Shown here one piece after another: positions 23,832-38,061 of a DNA stretch of 64,000 nucleotides. Numbering within the stretch: the stretch's first letter is position 1; each line of letters begins with the position of its first letter. A model generated the notes under the pieces. The model was given only the letters and a program-made list of their open reading frames with translations, was not told the DNA's origin and ran no database searches. Where the stretch lies: positions 150,598,001-150,662,000 of the forward strand of contig NC_043000.1 of the NCBI RefSeq assembly GCF_006345805.1. The letters are read 5' to 3'. Position numbers and translations under genes: made by a program. Source of the stretch: Octopus sinensis. Taxonomy: Eukaryota.

Positions 23832-25890
23832 CCTATGTTCAAAATTTAAAAAGACTATAATGAAAGATCAGTAAATTCTTACAATGACTTGCATATTTAT
23901 TTTTAATATGTTCCAGCAGATTTTACATTGTGAGAGGTTGACTTTGCCCTTCATCCTTTTGGGGGTTGAGAAAATAGTACAAATTGGGTCCCACCCATGC
24001 CAGCATGGAAGGTGGATGTTGATGATGATGAGCAGTGGAGTCAATATAATCTGCTACCCACCTCCATCAAAATTGCTGACTGTGTGCCAAAATTTGAAAC
24101 TAATATGTTCTGGCACATTCAAACATGAATATGTGAATTGCTGTTGTGTTTGTCACAGGAGAACAACTTCTCCTTTACAAAAAATGTGTGTTCATAACAC
24201 CCTCAACAGACTTAGTGTAAAGGACGCTGGCATAACTGGTGTTTCAACATTGTTGTGTCTCATCAGCCAAAGGCACCTTAGATGAATGAATCTGATAAGA
24301 GTTTGAATGTCTTACTCTCTCTCTTTTACTCTTTTACTTGTTTCAGTCATCTGACTGCGGCCATGCTGGAGCACCGCCTTTAGTCGAGCAAATCGACCCC
24401 GGGACTTATTCTTTGCAAGCCCAGTACTTATTCTATCGGTCTCTTTTGCTGAACCGCTAAGTGACGGGGACGTAAGCACACCACCATCGGTTGTCAAGCA
24501 ATGCTAGGGGGACAAACACAGACACACAAACACACATACACATATATATACATACATATATACGACAGGCTTCTTTCAGTTTCCGTCTACCAAATCCACT
24601 CACAAGGCATTGGTCGGCCCGGGGCTATAGCAGAAGACACATGCCCAAGATGCCACGCAGTTGGACTGAACCATGTGGTTGGTTAGCAAGCTACTTACCA
24701 CAGAGCCACTCCTGCGCCTCGTTTATAATTTCAGCAGATAAACTTTTACTGATGTACGCTGATACCTGCCAACTGGTAATATATCATCCTATGCATGGTG
24801 AACAGCAAGAATCTTTGACAGAACATGGCAGCAAATAGCAATCCTCAAATCTGCTGGAATGTATTAAGAAAAAGTATGCAAGTCATCATTTTGATTCCTG
24901 GTGTTCACCATGCATATGATGATTTAATAATTACTTAGTTACGCATTTACACATACATTTACACACACCTCTGAACTGAGAGATGAATCTGGGGAAACTA
25001 GTGTTTTGTTTTTTAATAAAACCAGTTTATTGAGTATACTCTTTACTCTTTTACTTGTTTCAGTCACTTGACTGTGGCCATGCTGGAGCACCGCCTTTTA
25101 GTCGAGCAAATCGACCCCAGGACTTATTCCCTGTAAGCCTAGTACTTATTCTATCAGTCTCTTTTGCTGAACCGCTAAGTTACGGGGACGTAAACACACC
25201 AGCATCGGTTGTCAAGCGATGTTGGGGAGACAAACACAGATACACACACATACATACACCACACACACACACACACAAACATACATATATACACACATAT
25301 ACATATATATATTATATATATATATACATATATACGATGGGCTTCTTTCAGTTTCCGTCTACCAAATCCACTCACAAGGCTTTGGTCAGCCCGAGGCTAT
25401 AGTTGAAGACACTTGACCAAGGTGACATGCAGTGGGACTAAACCCGGAACCATGTGGTTCGTAAGCAAGCTACTTACCACACAGCCGCTCCTACAGACCT
25501 TTTAAAATCTTGGGAGTCTGTGGGGGAAAATTCATTTAAATAAAAGGGGTTCTTGAAATGTAAAGGTTTAAAATCACTACTCTAGAAAAAGTAATAACAT
25601 TACAATTTACCATATTGCTCTACTTATAAATCTCGAAAACTTAACTGTATGTAAGATAATTTCTTTGATGTAACCGCATCATTCAGTTGGCTCTGGTGGG
25701 TTTCTTTTTAATTTATGTTTCTTAATGTTTTTGGGAATAACCATCACAACTTCCTATTCCCCCCCACTCCACCTGTAAACCTTGATGTATTATGGCAACG
25801 TAAAAAAAATCATTTTATTCATATAATTTACAAATAGTCTAATTGTAAAAATTTATTATCTCTTTTTTTTTTTTTGTCTGTTCGTTGCAG

Positions 25891-26031
25891 AATGAAATTC
25901 GTAGTTCTCTTGTGTTGTCCATGTTGCAACAGATGTTGACTGAGGACAAGGATGAAGCTGTTCGAGAGGCTGTAGTGAAAAGTCTAGGAATTCTTTTTAG
26001 TTTTATCTGTGATACTGATAAATATGGTCAG
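25891..26031 (+). CDS. RELCH: RELCH exon
   Basis: gcag/gtatgc; NEIRSSLVLSMLQQMLTEDKDEAVREAVVKSLGILFSFICDTDKYGQ. Confidence 0.95.
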
Positions 26032-26077
26032 GTATGCCAACCATTATTTTATTTGTTTCTATATTTTATACATTCTA

Positions 26078-26290
26078 ACATCATCCTCATCATCATCATC
26101 ATCATCATCATCACCACCATCATCATCACCACCATCATCATTACCATCATCATCACCACCGTCATCATCATCGTCGTCATCATCGTCATCATCATTTTCA
26201 TCATCGTCATCGTCATCATCACCACCATCATCATCACCACCACCATCATCATCACCACCACCTCATCATCACCACCACCATCACCATCAT
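26078..26290. repeat. (CAT/CAC)n trinucleotide microsatellite
   Basis: Directly visible, just after exon 25891-26031. Confidence 0.95.
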
Positions 26291-26751
26291 CTAGTGTCTA
26301 TTTTTTGTTGCTTGCATGGATGAGACTGAATTTTTCAAAGCAGATTTTCCGTGACCGGATGCCCTCCCTGTCACCAACCCTCACCTGTTTCCAGGCAAGG
26401 TAATATTTCCCCATGGCCAGGCATCTAGAAACAAACTTGTAAAACAGTGATGCTCATTTACAACCATCACATGATGTCTAGACAAGAGTACATGCAAACA
26501 TACACACACTTATATATATATTTTTTCACTTGTTTCAGTCATTAGACTGCAGCCATGCTGGGGCACCACCTTGAATTTTTAGTCAAATGAATTGACCCTA
26601 GCACTTATTTTTTAAGCCTGGTACTTATTCTATTGTAGAATCACTGCCAGATCAGACTGGACCTGGTGCAGCCTTCTGGCTTCCCAGACCCCAGTTGAAC
26701 CGTCCAACCCATGCTAGCATGGAAAGCAGACGTTAAATGATGATGATGATG

Positions 26752-26800
<49 letters not shown>

Positions 26801-28321
26801 TACACAACAGGCTTTTTCAGTTTCTGTTTACCAAATCCACTCACAAGGCTAAGGTTGGCCCAAGGCTATAGTAGAAGACACCTGCCCAAGGTGCCACGCA
26901 GTGGGACTGAACCTGGAACCATGTGTTTGGGAAGCAAGCTTCTTACCACATAGCCACACCTGTGCCTACATATATATATTTTGAAAATTTGAGACATATT
27001 TTTGTTTAAAAATGTTGAGACATGTTTTTCTACCTTTGGATTGATTCAGTAGCAAAATTGTATTTATATATGTGCTCAGAGTGTTGATCTTCTTTCATAA
27101 TTGTAATAACACAGTTGTAAAATAATGGGTGGTTAACTGAAGTGGCTTATTACACCTGTCAAGTTGAATTCATGACACTGGTTTCAATAATTTACTACCT
27201 TTGTCACTCCAGATTTTGTTATTTATTATTCTATTAGTTGATAGAAGTAAAGTTGCCATTTAGTCTTAGTCTTTTAATTTTATACAATTATTTTCAGCTT
27301 TCAATAAATCCCCATCTAAAATTAGATTATTTTTCATTGAAGTTTCAACATCCAATTAAACTATAAAGTCCTATATTTTAGCACTGAGTTTTCAACACCA
27401 GAACGTAATTTTGCAGGTTTTTAATCTTGCCTTATTGATTAACAGAGGAGAAGCTGAGAGTGGCTACTTTGATTAAACCATAGTATAGTTGATATTTTTG
27501 ATTTTTTTCCCCAAAAATTTGAATGAGATATTGTGTTTTCTTTTCCTTTTGTGCAAACTTTGGAATTTAGCCTGAACACCTAGTATGCCCAACCAACAAT
27601 AAAAACAAGCGCCACTTGATTTTTACTCAGTTTATTTGATGAATGTCCATTCTGAGATCTCAGAAAGTTATGAAGTGAAGTGTTCTGTATTTTTAAAAAA
27701 TTAATTATTACCAAGTAGAATAAAATATAATGATAAAAAAAAATGAAATAGCATTTTTTGTTTTGGGAAATTATACTTCTCTGCAAAATAATTTTGAAAT
27801 TCAAGTTCACAGATTAGCTCTATTCAACATGTCAGATATGAGGCAAGCTACAAGTCAAATGAAAAATGAAATCAGTTACATGAAAATCATATATTTTGTT
27901 CATTCATTGGAATGGCAGTACTTGGAATAATTCTTAACATCACTAGCTATTTAAGAAAATGCTTGAAAATATGTGTGATTTTTGAAAACATTAAAGTTTA
28001 TTCTATTCATTGCTTCATTGTTTCTGAGTAGAAATTTCAAGAAAGACACCAAATACCTAGCTGATTCGTCTTTTAGATTTTGGAATATTAATGTGAGGAA
28101 TTTATGTGAAAGCTTTCTATTCAGATGATTTGGAAGCTATTATCTTCTAAAATATTTTGCTAATCAAATTGGTTTTGGCATTTCAAAAAATTAATATAAT
28201 ATTCATTCAAATTACAAATCAGACTAATTTCTGTATGTGAACTCTTGTTTTCAGTTTATCAAACTTTTTTTAAAAAAAAAAAAAAAAAAGCTTATTTAAT
28301 GATTTGGCTTTTCTATTTCAG

Positions 28322-28480
28322 GGTTTTGAACTGCTGAAAATTTCCCTAAATGATGATTCTGAGAAAGTGTGCTGTGCAGCTCGTCAAGTGTTTCTGCCAT
28401 CTTTTGCTTTGTGGGCTGTGCATCTCCATAAGCTGGAGTATGAATTGCTCCACTCTTTCCTGCGAGAACTGGAGGACCTA
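28322..28480 (+). CDS. RELCH: RELCH exon
   Basis: ttcag acceptor; GFELLKISLNDDSEKVCCAARQVFLPSFALW...LEDL. Donor ambiguous (GT after 28480 or GC after 28486). Confidence 0.9.
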
Positions 28481-30049
28481 GTTAAGGCACTTCCTTCTTT
28501 CTGCTTTTCTGCTTTATGCTTAGCTCCACAGACTCAACTTCCACTTGCCTTAAGACACATATTTTACTTAGAAACTTTTGGGTTGACTTTTAATTAATTA
28601 ATTTTTTTTAGTTTTATTTAATTAAAATTCTGAAGTTAGAATATTGTTTTCCATTATTTCAACTTTCATTCATTTTCACTACTCAAATTTAATTAACTCT
28701 TGTAACTCATCTAATAATTAACAACTAAACATTTATTTAAACTAGTGGATGTTAAATGACGATGACGATGATGATGATGATGATATTAGAATAACATAAT
28801 ATGCCACAATATGGCTCCAATCATTGGAGGCATTCATTCTAAGGAGTGACTTCAAAATTACTTTCAAACCTTGGGAGATCCTGTCTGATGATTGTAGCTG
28901 GAATTTTGGTCAGACGTTAAAATATGCAGAATCAACTGTGAGGTTTGAGATTTGCATGGACAATTTACAGTATTGTAAATTATTTGGTAAATAAAATGGA
29001 AGTACATGGAGTATATTGTGAGGAGGAGTGTGGGAAGGAAATAGGAAACGATAAAATATCCTTAAAGTAAGAACTATCTGGAAAAAAATGATGCAACACA
29101 TTAATAAGAAGGAAAACCTTTAGATATTGAACCAAGAAACGAATTAGTGGTACCGACTGGATACAGTGAGGAATGGAACATTTCAGAGCATATGTTCTGT
29201 GTGCTGTTAGGGGACAATTATATGAAGTAAATATGAGATAATGATAAGGGGTAACTAAGCAATAAGATGTTAAAAATAGAATTGCCTTCTAAAATGTGAT
29301 AGTAAAGAATAGTTAATGAAATTCAACTGATTTTTTAAAATATGGCTTTTGAACACAGGAAAAGTGATATAACTTAACAAATGTTGGGTTCTAAGAATAA
29401 CAAAACAAAAAAAGACAAACAAAGTTCTGAGGATATTATTTATCCCAGAAATCTGTATTAATATGAGATTATGTCTGGAGATCATTAGATGTATGTATGT
29501 GTTCATCCATTGGAAACTTATAGAGATGTTTGTATGCATCAAAAACCACTTCTGTTCATGCAAAAGGTTCTAAGAGAGAAATCATTATCCCAGAATTCTA
29601 AAAATCATTGGGGGTGCCATTTTTGGTGTGCCTTGGATAATGACATTACTGGTAGTATCCATTTCCACTTCACTGACCCATGTGAAGATCTATACTCAGC
29701 ACTCATGCTCATGAGATGCACAAGGTATATAATATCACTGTAGATAACCTGTGCCTCCCCATTGTAGTTTTGTCCTTCGGTAAGATATGTTAGTCTATTT
29801 AAGTGTCTTAGACAATTTTTAACTGAATTAACTCTTTTGAAACATATTAACATATTTTTATATTTCAAATTTTCATTTTGGATGTAGGTAAGTAATAGAT
29901 CAACCCTAAATTTTCTATGTTAATATGTGTAACATTTTAAATTCATAGTATTTGGATCTAACAATAAGTACTATATCTAATTTAAATATCTAACACAGTT
30001 TTTAACCTGTGGTAGTGTGTTAAACCCATAATCATGCACTAATGCACAT

Positions 30050-30390
30050 TATATATGCTGAGACCCCCTTTGGTCATGACTGACCGTGGGATTGCACCTA
30101 GAAAGTTACCTTCCCAGGCACAAGTCCAGGCAAGGTTGTTTGTGGAAGACCAGCAGTCGCCCATGCATACCGGCCTCCCCTCTTCATGCCACCAATGTCA
30201 TCCAAGGGAAAGGCAAAGGCCGATACAGCTTGGCACCAGTGATGTTACAACTCATTTCTACAGCTGAGTGAACTGGAGCAACGTGAAATAAAGTGTCTTG
30301 CTCAAGAACACAACATGCAGCCCGGCCCGGGATTTGAACTCACAACCTCATGATCGTAAGCTCAACGCTCTAACCACTGAACCATGCGCC
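30050..30390 (-). mobile_element. tRNA-derived SINE family 4
   Basis: Reverse complement GGCGCATGGTTCAGTGGTTAGAGCG...GAGTTCAAATCCC...TTCTTGAGCAAGACACTT; partial degenerate copy at about 58833-58990. Confidence 0.78.
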
Positions 30391-30619
30391 TTTATATATA
30401 TATATATAAAAAATAGGGGTTTAGTTCACTGGTGAGCTAAATGAATAGGTATACTGAGTAAGTGCTATAATTGGTCATCCGGTAGGTTCCAAGTTCACGT
30501 CTGAGGCTGGAGCTAAGGATCTATATATACCTGTTAGCAGGTATATATCATTTTAGAGAAAAAAGGACAACAAAAACCAAGTCATTTAGAATATTTAGTT
30601 AGGGTAAGGTGAATTTGAA

Positions 30620-30695
30620 GTCTTACAGCTGTTTCTGTGACATCCCAAGTGATAGGCTAGCATGTCCATACACTGGGTATTCCATCATCAGAGAC
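30620..30695 (-). ncRNA. type I hammerhead ribozyme (antisense to RELCH)
   Basis: Reverse complement GTCT-CTGATGA-long helix II-GAAAC AGCT GTA-AGAC. Confidence 0.78.
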
Positions 30696-31764
30696 AAAGT
30701 GAGTATGTATGAAAGTCCTAGACAGGGAAATTCACAGTTTATAATGAATGAAATAATGAATAAAATAGTAGATAGAAGAATAAAGAGTAAAGCAGCAGAC
30801 AGAAGAGGATGGACAGGAAAATAAAGTTCACAGTTCATCTTCCAGAGGGTATGGAGGTTGGTCCATACTTCCATGAAGGTATAGGCCCTTAGGTGTAATC
30901 CCAGGTAAATCCAGGCAGTATTTTGAATGTTGTGTTCATGTTGAAGGAATAGAATTAAGTGGTTAGCTAGTATGAAAATGGTCCACATGGGTATATAGAG
31001 TGAGAAAGACAGGCATCATGATAGACAGATATGGGTTGTGAGAGAAGGAATAGAGGAAGAGGGGAAAGAGAGAAAAGAAAGGGATGGGATAGGTGTGGGA
31101 CAGAATGAGTGAGGGTGAGAGTAAAATAAAATTTAAAAAATCAAAAAAATAAAATGCCAGTATTATTCTTCGTAAGGGTTGGTTAGGGGTGAGAGATCAG
31201 GCATTAAGGTTTTAGTAAAGGGGAGGAGGAAGGCATTTATGTCTATTAATTAAATAAGTTTGGTGCGGTCAGTAGGGATAGTTAAAAATAGAGCCTAGCA
31301 TAAGGGAGTGTATATAGGATAAAATATAATTAAATGGATAAAGGATTAATATTAAAGAATATAAATTAAAAAGGTTATAGATTAAAAAAATAAAAATAAA
31401 AAAATAAAAAAAGAATATTGCAGCTAGCTAGCTTTTAAGATATCTAACTGACCCTTACGAAAAATAATGCTGGCATCTTATTTTTATTTTTGATTTTTTG
31501 ATTTAAAAGAAAAATATTTTATTAAAAACAATTAAGCTAACCACTTAATTCTATCCCTTCAACATGAATGCAACATTCAAAATACTGCCTGGATTTACCT
31601 GGGTTTATACCTAAGGGCCTATACCTTCATAGATGTACAGACTCCATACCCTCTGAAGAAGATGAACTGTGAACTTATTCTCCTGTCTGTATTCTTCTAT
31701 CTACTATTTTATTCCCTGTAGACTGTGTATTTCTCTGTCTAGAACTTTCATACATACTCACCTT

Positions 31765-31840
31765 GTCTCTGATGATGGAATACCCAGTGTACTGACATGC
31801 TAGCCTATCACTTGGGATATCCCAGAAACAGCTGTAAGAC
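31765..31840 (+). ncRNA. type I hammerhead ribozyme (sense to RELCH)
   Basis: GTCT-CTGATGA-TGGAATACCCAGTG...CACTTGGGATATCCCA-GAAAC-AGCT-GTA-AGAC; predicted GUA cleavage after 31836. Confidence 0.82.
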
Positions 31841-32075
31841 TTCAAATTCACCTTACCCTAACTAAATATTCTAGATGACTTGAGATATCTGCCCTGCTTT
31901 GGTTTTTGTTCTCCTTTTTCCTCTAATTTAATATAATATATATATATATATATTATATTAAATTAGAGACAAAACCACTATTAGGCAAATCAAACAATGA
32001 AAGACTTAAGCCAATACATATGATTAATTTATATTATTTAAATATGTAACAATTATTAAAAAATATAATTAATAT

Positions 32076-32138
32076 CCACTACGATCGTTTCCTGCCTGCT
32101 GTCTACAAATTTTTGAGTCGCAGTCATTCATCAGGTGG
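32076..32138 (-). ncRNA. type I hammerhead motif, family E
   Basis: Reverse complement CCAC-CTGATGA-...-GAAAC-GATC-GTA-GTGG with palindromic ACGATCGT; helix II partly decayed. Confidence 0.68.
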
Positions 32139-32668
32139 TTTCAAAATCTAAAATATAATCAATATTTTTAAGATATAAATAATATATTTAATCTAAAATA
32201 ATAATTTACTTATAATAAACTCTATTATTAAATATGATTATATCGAAATCGACTATAATGTTAAATATTAACTTTAATTTATAAGGTAGAAAACCCATAT
32301 TCTAATATCAATATTAGTCTATATCTAATTACATAAATATTTAAAATGACTAATATATATAAATTATCAATGAAAATATATATAAATATTATAATCAAGA
32401 TCTAAAATAATCTCTATAAACAATTGTATATAATGAAAACCTAATAAATTTAATTTTTCATATTAAAAGATGAAATAGCTAAATTCAAAATACAAATAAA
32501 CTAACTTAAACTGACTTTCGAAATCTTATGTAAAATACTTATAGAAATATTCAATTCTTAGTAATATAGTATTAAATAAATACTATAAGTACTATAAACA
32601 TAATTATGAATATATATATATCTAATTTGGATAAAACTTTTTTCGAAAAAAATTTCTCTTCCCCAAAA

Positions 32669-32882
32669 AATTTTATCAATGGCCAGCATATTAAAAAATA
32701 CCTTTAAAGGTTAAATTTATAAACAATTCATAGATAAGGGCAAACGAAAAAATTTCTAATGCCAAATATGCCGAAAAATTGGACATATTGTCCATTAACC
32801 ATATAATTTTTTCACAATACGCACGCTACTCGAAAAAAAGGTGGACAGAAATTTCTAAAAAATTCCATTATTACCATATCGG

Positions 32883-32890
<8 letters not shown>
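32669..32890. mobile_element. partial copy of family F fold-back element
   Basis: Shares AATTTTATCAATGGCCAGCATA...GATAAGGGC...CTAATGCC with 56625-56997. Confidence 0.65.
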
Positions 32891-32920
<30 letters not shown>

Positions 32921-33813
32921 GTATATATATATCTATATATGTACACAACAGGTGTCTGCACAGTGTCAGTCTATCAAATTCTATTGACATGGTATTAATC
33001 AAACCAAGGTGAGTGTAGAAGAGCCATGCTTGTTCCTATTTGTGAAGTTTACATAAAGAATGGATAGTATTTAAGTCCTTGTTAATAATTGTATTCATTT
33101 GAGTTTAATAAATGGAAATTTCAATTAGTGTAGCCGATTGTTAACACAGAACTGACTATATTGAAGTCAGGTTTAATCAACTAGTTTTACTACTCATTAA
33201 CATATGGAGGACACTGGCGTATTTTTCAAGTGAACAAACAAAAAGAAGAAAGACAATCAAAGTGTAAGTTCAGCCTAATCTGGGCATGGGTCAGATAGTT
33301 TTACTTTTGAAATTTGACCAATGAACCCAAACCAAATAAAAACAAAATTAAAAAAAGTAAAAAACATGTATGAGCAAAAAAGCTAGCCGTATTTGATTTT
33401 TTTTTTTTTTTTTTCACTTGCTAAAAGTTCTGTTATACATATTTTACAAAAGAAATTTTAATGTCCAGTGGACTTCATCACTGCTTTGCGTTATTATTTA
33501 TTATATTAATTTATTGTTAGCATCCATTTAATATTTCACAATATAGTGTTGGCATTAATATTTTTCTTCATTTATTAGAATTTTTCATTATTATTATTAT
33601 TATTTTGGCCTATTCTTATTATGAAAGTGAAAAGAAATTTATAACACTTGACAAATTTTTTTCCAAAAGGAAAATGATTTGTTTTTAGTTAATTAGTTTT
33701 CATAATTTTCATTATTTTAAATTTCACGATAAATGGAAGTTGAGTCTTTTTTAGTTTAGAGATAGATACGTAACCACTATTTTTAGTTTAAATTCTGAGC
33801 TTACATTTTGCAG

Positions 33814-33855
33814 GCTAAAGGTTTGCTGATAGAAGCTACATCATTGGAAAATCAG
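33814..33855 (+). CDS. RELCH: probable small RELCH exon (42 nt)
   Basis: ttttgcag/CAG-gttttt; AKGLLIEATSLENQ, phase 0-0. No recognisable homology; supported by splice signals and phase only. Confidence 0.55.
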
Positions 33856-35636
33856 GTTTTTATATTTATTGTGGGATATTTTTAAATTCCTTTAATACAA
33901 GGTTTTTGTTCCTCTACATCTTTTCATGAGCCTGGTGGTGGGTATTTGCTTTAATCTCCTCACCGTTTATTTTTCTCCATTTTTTGTCAGCTCATAATTT
34001 TTGCATTTTTTCTCAGTATTTATGTTTTGCTATAATTGTTTTTCATTAAAACATTATTTTTTAAAAATTCAGTTATATCACATAGCTACAAAATTATACC
34101 ATTAAAGAAGTAATTTAATTTTTTAAAAATCAGGTTAGATCAAATTGATAAAGATTGGAACATGGAATTTTGAAATTTCTCAGTTCTTATAGATATTTAT
34201 CAAAGTTATTTTGTTCTTATAACTTTAAGCTCCAATATGTCGATATTGATTAAACAAGGAATCCAAATACACACACACACACACACTTTGTTTTTTGGTT
34301 AACAAGGCAACCAATAGTTTCATGTGAAAGGATCTTCACAATTGTTCAAGTATGCCAGATCGAAGTGTTGGTACCCGTAACACTACCATGTTACCATATT
34401 TTAGAAGGCTATAGCTATGCAATTCAAATGCTAACTATCAATAGTAGCAATAACAAAGATATTGGTCTATTACCTTAGTAATATCTAATTAGTCTTCGAC
34501 TTTCAGGTAAAATACCTTTTTACAAAGGTATTAAGAAAGATAAAAATATCTGATTAGATGGCACTCTGAATCGTTTTATACATCTATTAGGTTGGCATTA
34601 GGTTTATACATCTATTAGATTATTGTATCTACCTCTGTGTGTGTGTGTAACAGAAAAATTCCTTTTAACTGGCACACCATTGTATTAGTGTTTGTGTGTA
34701 TTACTCAAATTGGTAGGGATAGACATGAAAGATAGACACAGTAAAAGTAAAAGCTCTTGGAATTATTTATTCTAAAATTCCCTACTTCAGTTTTACCAAT
34801 TTTCACTTGCTTTGTTTTATTTTTCGCATTTTTTTATGTGGCTTTCCCCAAAAAATTTTTTTCATTCATTTATTGTTTGAGTTCTTGCTCACTGGGAAAT
34901 TGTTTCTTTCCAAATGTACATTGCTTTAAATATTCAATAAACACATTTTTCTTGATTTAAAAACAAACATCAAACATCGTTTATCTTATGCATCCTACCA
35001 CCATTTTTTTTTTTTCTTTAAATCAATATCTTTCATAAGGAAGGCAGCACTTCTCTGAGATGGATAATTTTCAATATAATTTTGAACTGCTTGATAGATA
35101 TATCATTCATAACATTCTTTTGATTGTAATATAGATAGCAATAAAATTCAAATTATTCTCTCTTGCTCCTCATTCATCTTCTCTTTATCTTCCTGTATTT
35201 TTTAAAATTTCTTTCTGACAAGAAATAAGTAGAGACTTTGATTTATATGTCTTTTAGGATGAAAAAAAAAATTTTTGTAGTAGGCTTGTTGCCAAAAAGA
35301 AAAGGGGGAAAAAAATGTTCCCCCCTATCTGCAAAACATCTGCTTAACTAAGTGTCAGTATATTCAATGCATGAAGTATTAGAATGCTAAAGTAAAATAT
35401 GGTGGAATAAAGAATACTCTACTCTTTTACTCTCTTTTACTTGTTTCACTCATTTTGACTGCGACCATGCTGGAGCACCACCTTTAGTCGAGCAAATCGA
35501 CCCCGGGACTTATTCTTTGTAAGCCCAGTACTTATTCAATCGGTCTCTTTTGCTGAACCACTAAGTAACGGGGACATAAACACACCAGCATCGGTTGTCA
35601 AGCAATGCTAGGGGGACAAACACAGCAGACACACAA

Positions 35637-35687
<51 letters not shown>

Positions 35688-37880
35688 TACGACAGGCTTC
35701 TTTCAGTTTCCGTCTACCAAATCCACTCACAAGGCATTGGTCGGCCTGGGGCTATAGCAGAAGACACTTGCCCAAGATGCCACGCAGTAGGACTGAACCT
35801 GGGACCATGTGGTTGGTTAGCAAGCTACTTACCACACAGCCACTCCTACAGCTAATATTTTTTGCATTTTTTTTTCCTGCCAAATATAAAAGATTATTTT
35901 GGATATGTTTTTGGTGGCATCAGTAAAACACTTCCTTACTGAAACATGATGAAAAGGTAGTGAATAAATTGCCTAATAAAAATATAGAAATATGTATTTT
36001 TACCATCAAAAGATGGAATTGTTTACAAATCAAATAACTGAGATGTCTTTCACATAGTAAATGATATGTTGGTGAATGACAGAATATCTTATGAAAAGAG
36101 CAGACTCTTTACAAAGAGTGAACACCAAACTGCTGTACAAATGAGAAAATATTCTGTTTCTTGGTTAACAGTGAAATATTTATATCTGTATTTTTGTATG
36201 GATGTGATATTGATATTTGATGAAATAGTTTTTATAATACATAATAATAGCTTCTATTTCTCTTATATATAGTCTGGTTCCTCAGTCATAGAGAAAAGAT
36301 CAAATTCTAAACATTTGCATATTTTTATGCTCATTTTCCAATTGAGGAGCACTTTTCCTTTATCTTTAATTATGAATTTTTTTTTTTTTAGAATTAAAAA
36401 AATATTGTTTTGAAACAAAGAAAAATGTGTTTTAATTAAAATCTTTTAAAACCTAGAATGAATTGAGATTTACACATAGAGTTTAGACATGTGTCCCTTA
36501 ATTAAGGACCTTAATCTATCTTAAATATCTTGTAATTATTGCTCACAGGTAGTCAGTAAATATCTGAAAGAGGTTTATATAAGAATGAGACTAAAAATTG
36601 ACATGTTTCTTCCATGCTAACTGCTGTAAAGTAAATTTATTAGAGTTATAATTCTTTAAAAAAATGTAACATACTCTAGCAATGATACAAATCAAATTAT
36701 TTTGAGAGGATGTTGATGAAGGAAATAGACATCAAGGAAATGACAAAACAATAACAATAATTGTTATAATGGTAACAGTGGTTATAATGATATTTAACCC
36801 AAAGAGGAAACCTTTTGCTTTCGGATTTACAACTTCATCTTTTGGCACCTAAAAATTTTAAACTTTGGTTGATCATCAAAGTACAAGATATTGAAATAAA
36901 ATTCTTACACCACTGTGTCTTGTAATAGTATCACTCCTTCGGAATTTGTTGCTATGTGTCTGAGTAAATGATTAAAATTCTTTAAATATATTTTAATTAA
37001 AGTTTCTAATATAGTTCTGTATTTATCAAAATTCCAAAATTGTTAGCCTCATGCTATGAATAAATATATTGTTTTACATTTAAAATTGTTTATAGTAATA
37101 ATGTGATTTATAAGAATATTATAATGTTAATAGTCATATGATCTAATGATATCTGATTACCATTGTAATTATTGAAGTTATATTAGTTTGTGATACTTCT
37201 ATTGCCTTTGTATTCTTTGGTTTGTATCAGTTTTTTTTTTAAGCAAATTTAATGGTAAAGGATTAAACATAAGAATTGTTTATTTATTTAATTATTGATT
37301 GATCGACCATTTATAAAGTTTTCTAATTTGTACATTTTTATTAGAAGAACCAGTACCTTTTAAATATTTAAAGAAAATAGATCTTTCCCAATTGTAAAAT
37401 GTGAGAAGACAAAACTTTATTGATCATTTATTTCAAAGAATTTATAAAATTCATTTTGGCTTAAGTTTCACCTGTCTGCTTTTCAACCAGACTGATTGCA
37501 TAAGCTGCTAGATAAAACTTAAAGGTCCCAGTTAAAATAAAATATTATTATAGATATGATTCAATTTTCCATATACTGAGTCTCCTCTTTAGTAAATATT
37601 CTGTTGTTATTTTGGGGTTTGCCTAAGCTTGAATTAACATACTCAAAGAACTTATATTTCGTTTAAAATGATCTTTCAGTTATGATAATTAAAATAAGAT
37701 AATTGATTTCTATAATTTTAGTAATACTTACGTTTAAATTTGTTGTTTTGAAAATATTGGTGATTGCATGTAATGGAATATGTAATAAAATTTGCAAGAT
37801 TTTTTTGTTTGTTATTCCTATATTTTACTGTTAATCAATATGCAATTTTGGAAATATAATACTGGATTATTTTCTTGTAG

Positions 37881-38061
37881 AGTGCATTAGCTGTTCAGAA
37901 GTCAAACAGCAGCATCACTTTACCTATTCACGAAGGAAAATTTGCATCTCTGGTGTCGACACTTGAAGAATTAGTACCATTCCTTTTTATATCTGTTATA
38001 CGAACTGGTCCATATATTGAGAAAATATCACATAACAATGAAGAAGTTCCTGAAATTGATG
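37881..38061 (+). CDS. RELCH: RELCH exon
   Basis: ttgtag/gtaaaa; ...LVSTLEELVPFLFISVIRTGPY...EEVPEID, aligning to recalled human LSALQSLIPSLFALVLQNAPF...EVPQIE. Confidence 0.87.

Larger units (their letters stand above)
30545..31935. mobile_element. 1.4-kb inverted-repeat element family A (Penelope-like pLTR pair)
   Basis: About 400-bp arms (30545-30970 vs 31533-31935) plus an inner inverted pair (about 31125-31190 vs 31440-31510); each arm carries a hammerhead motif. Confidence 0.78.
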
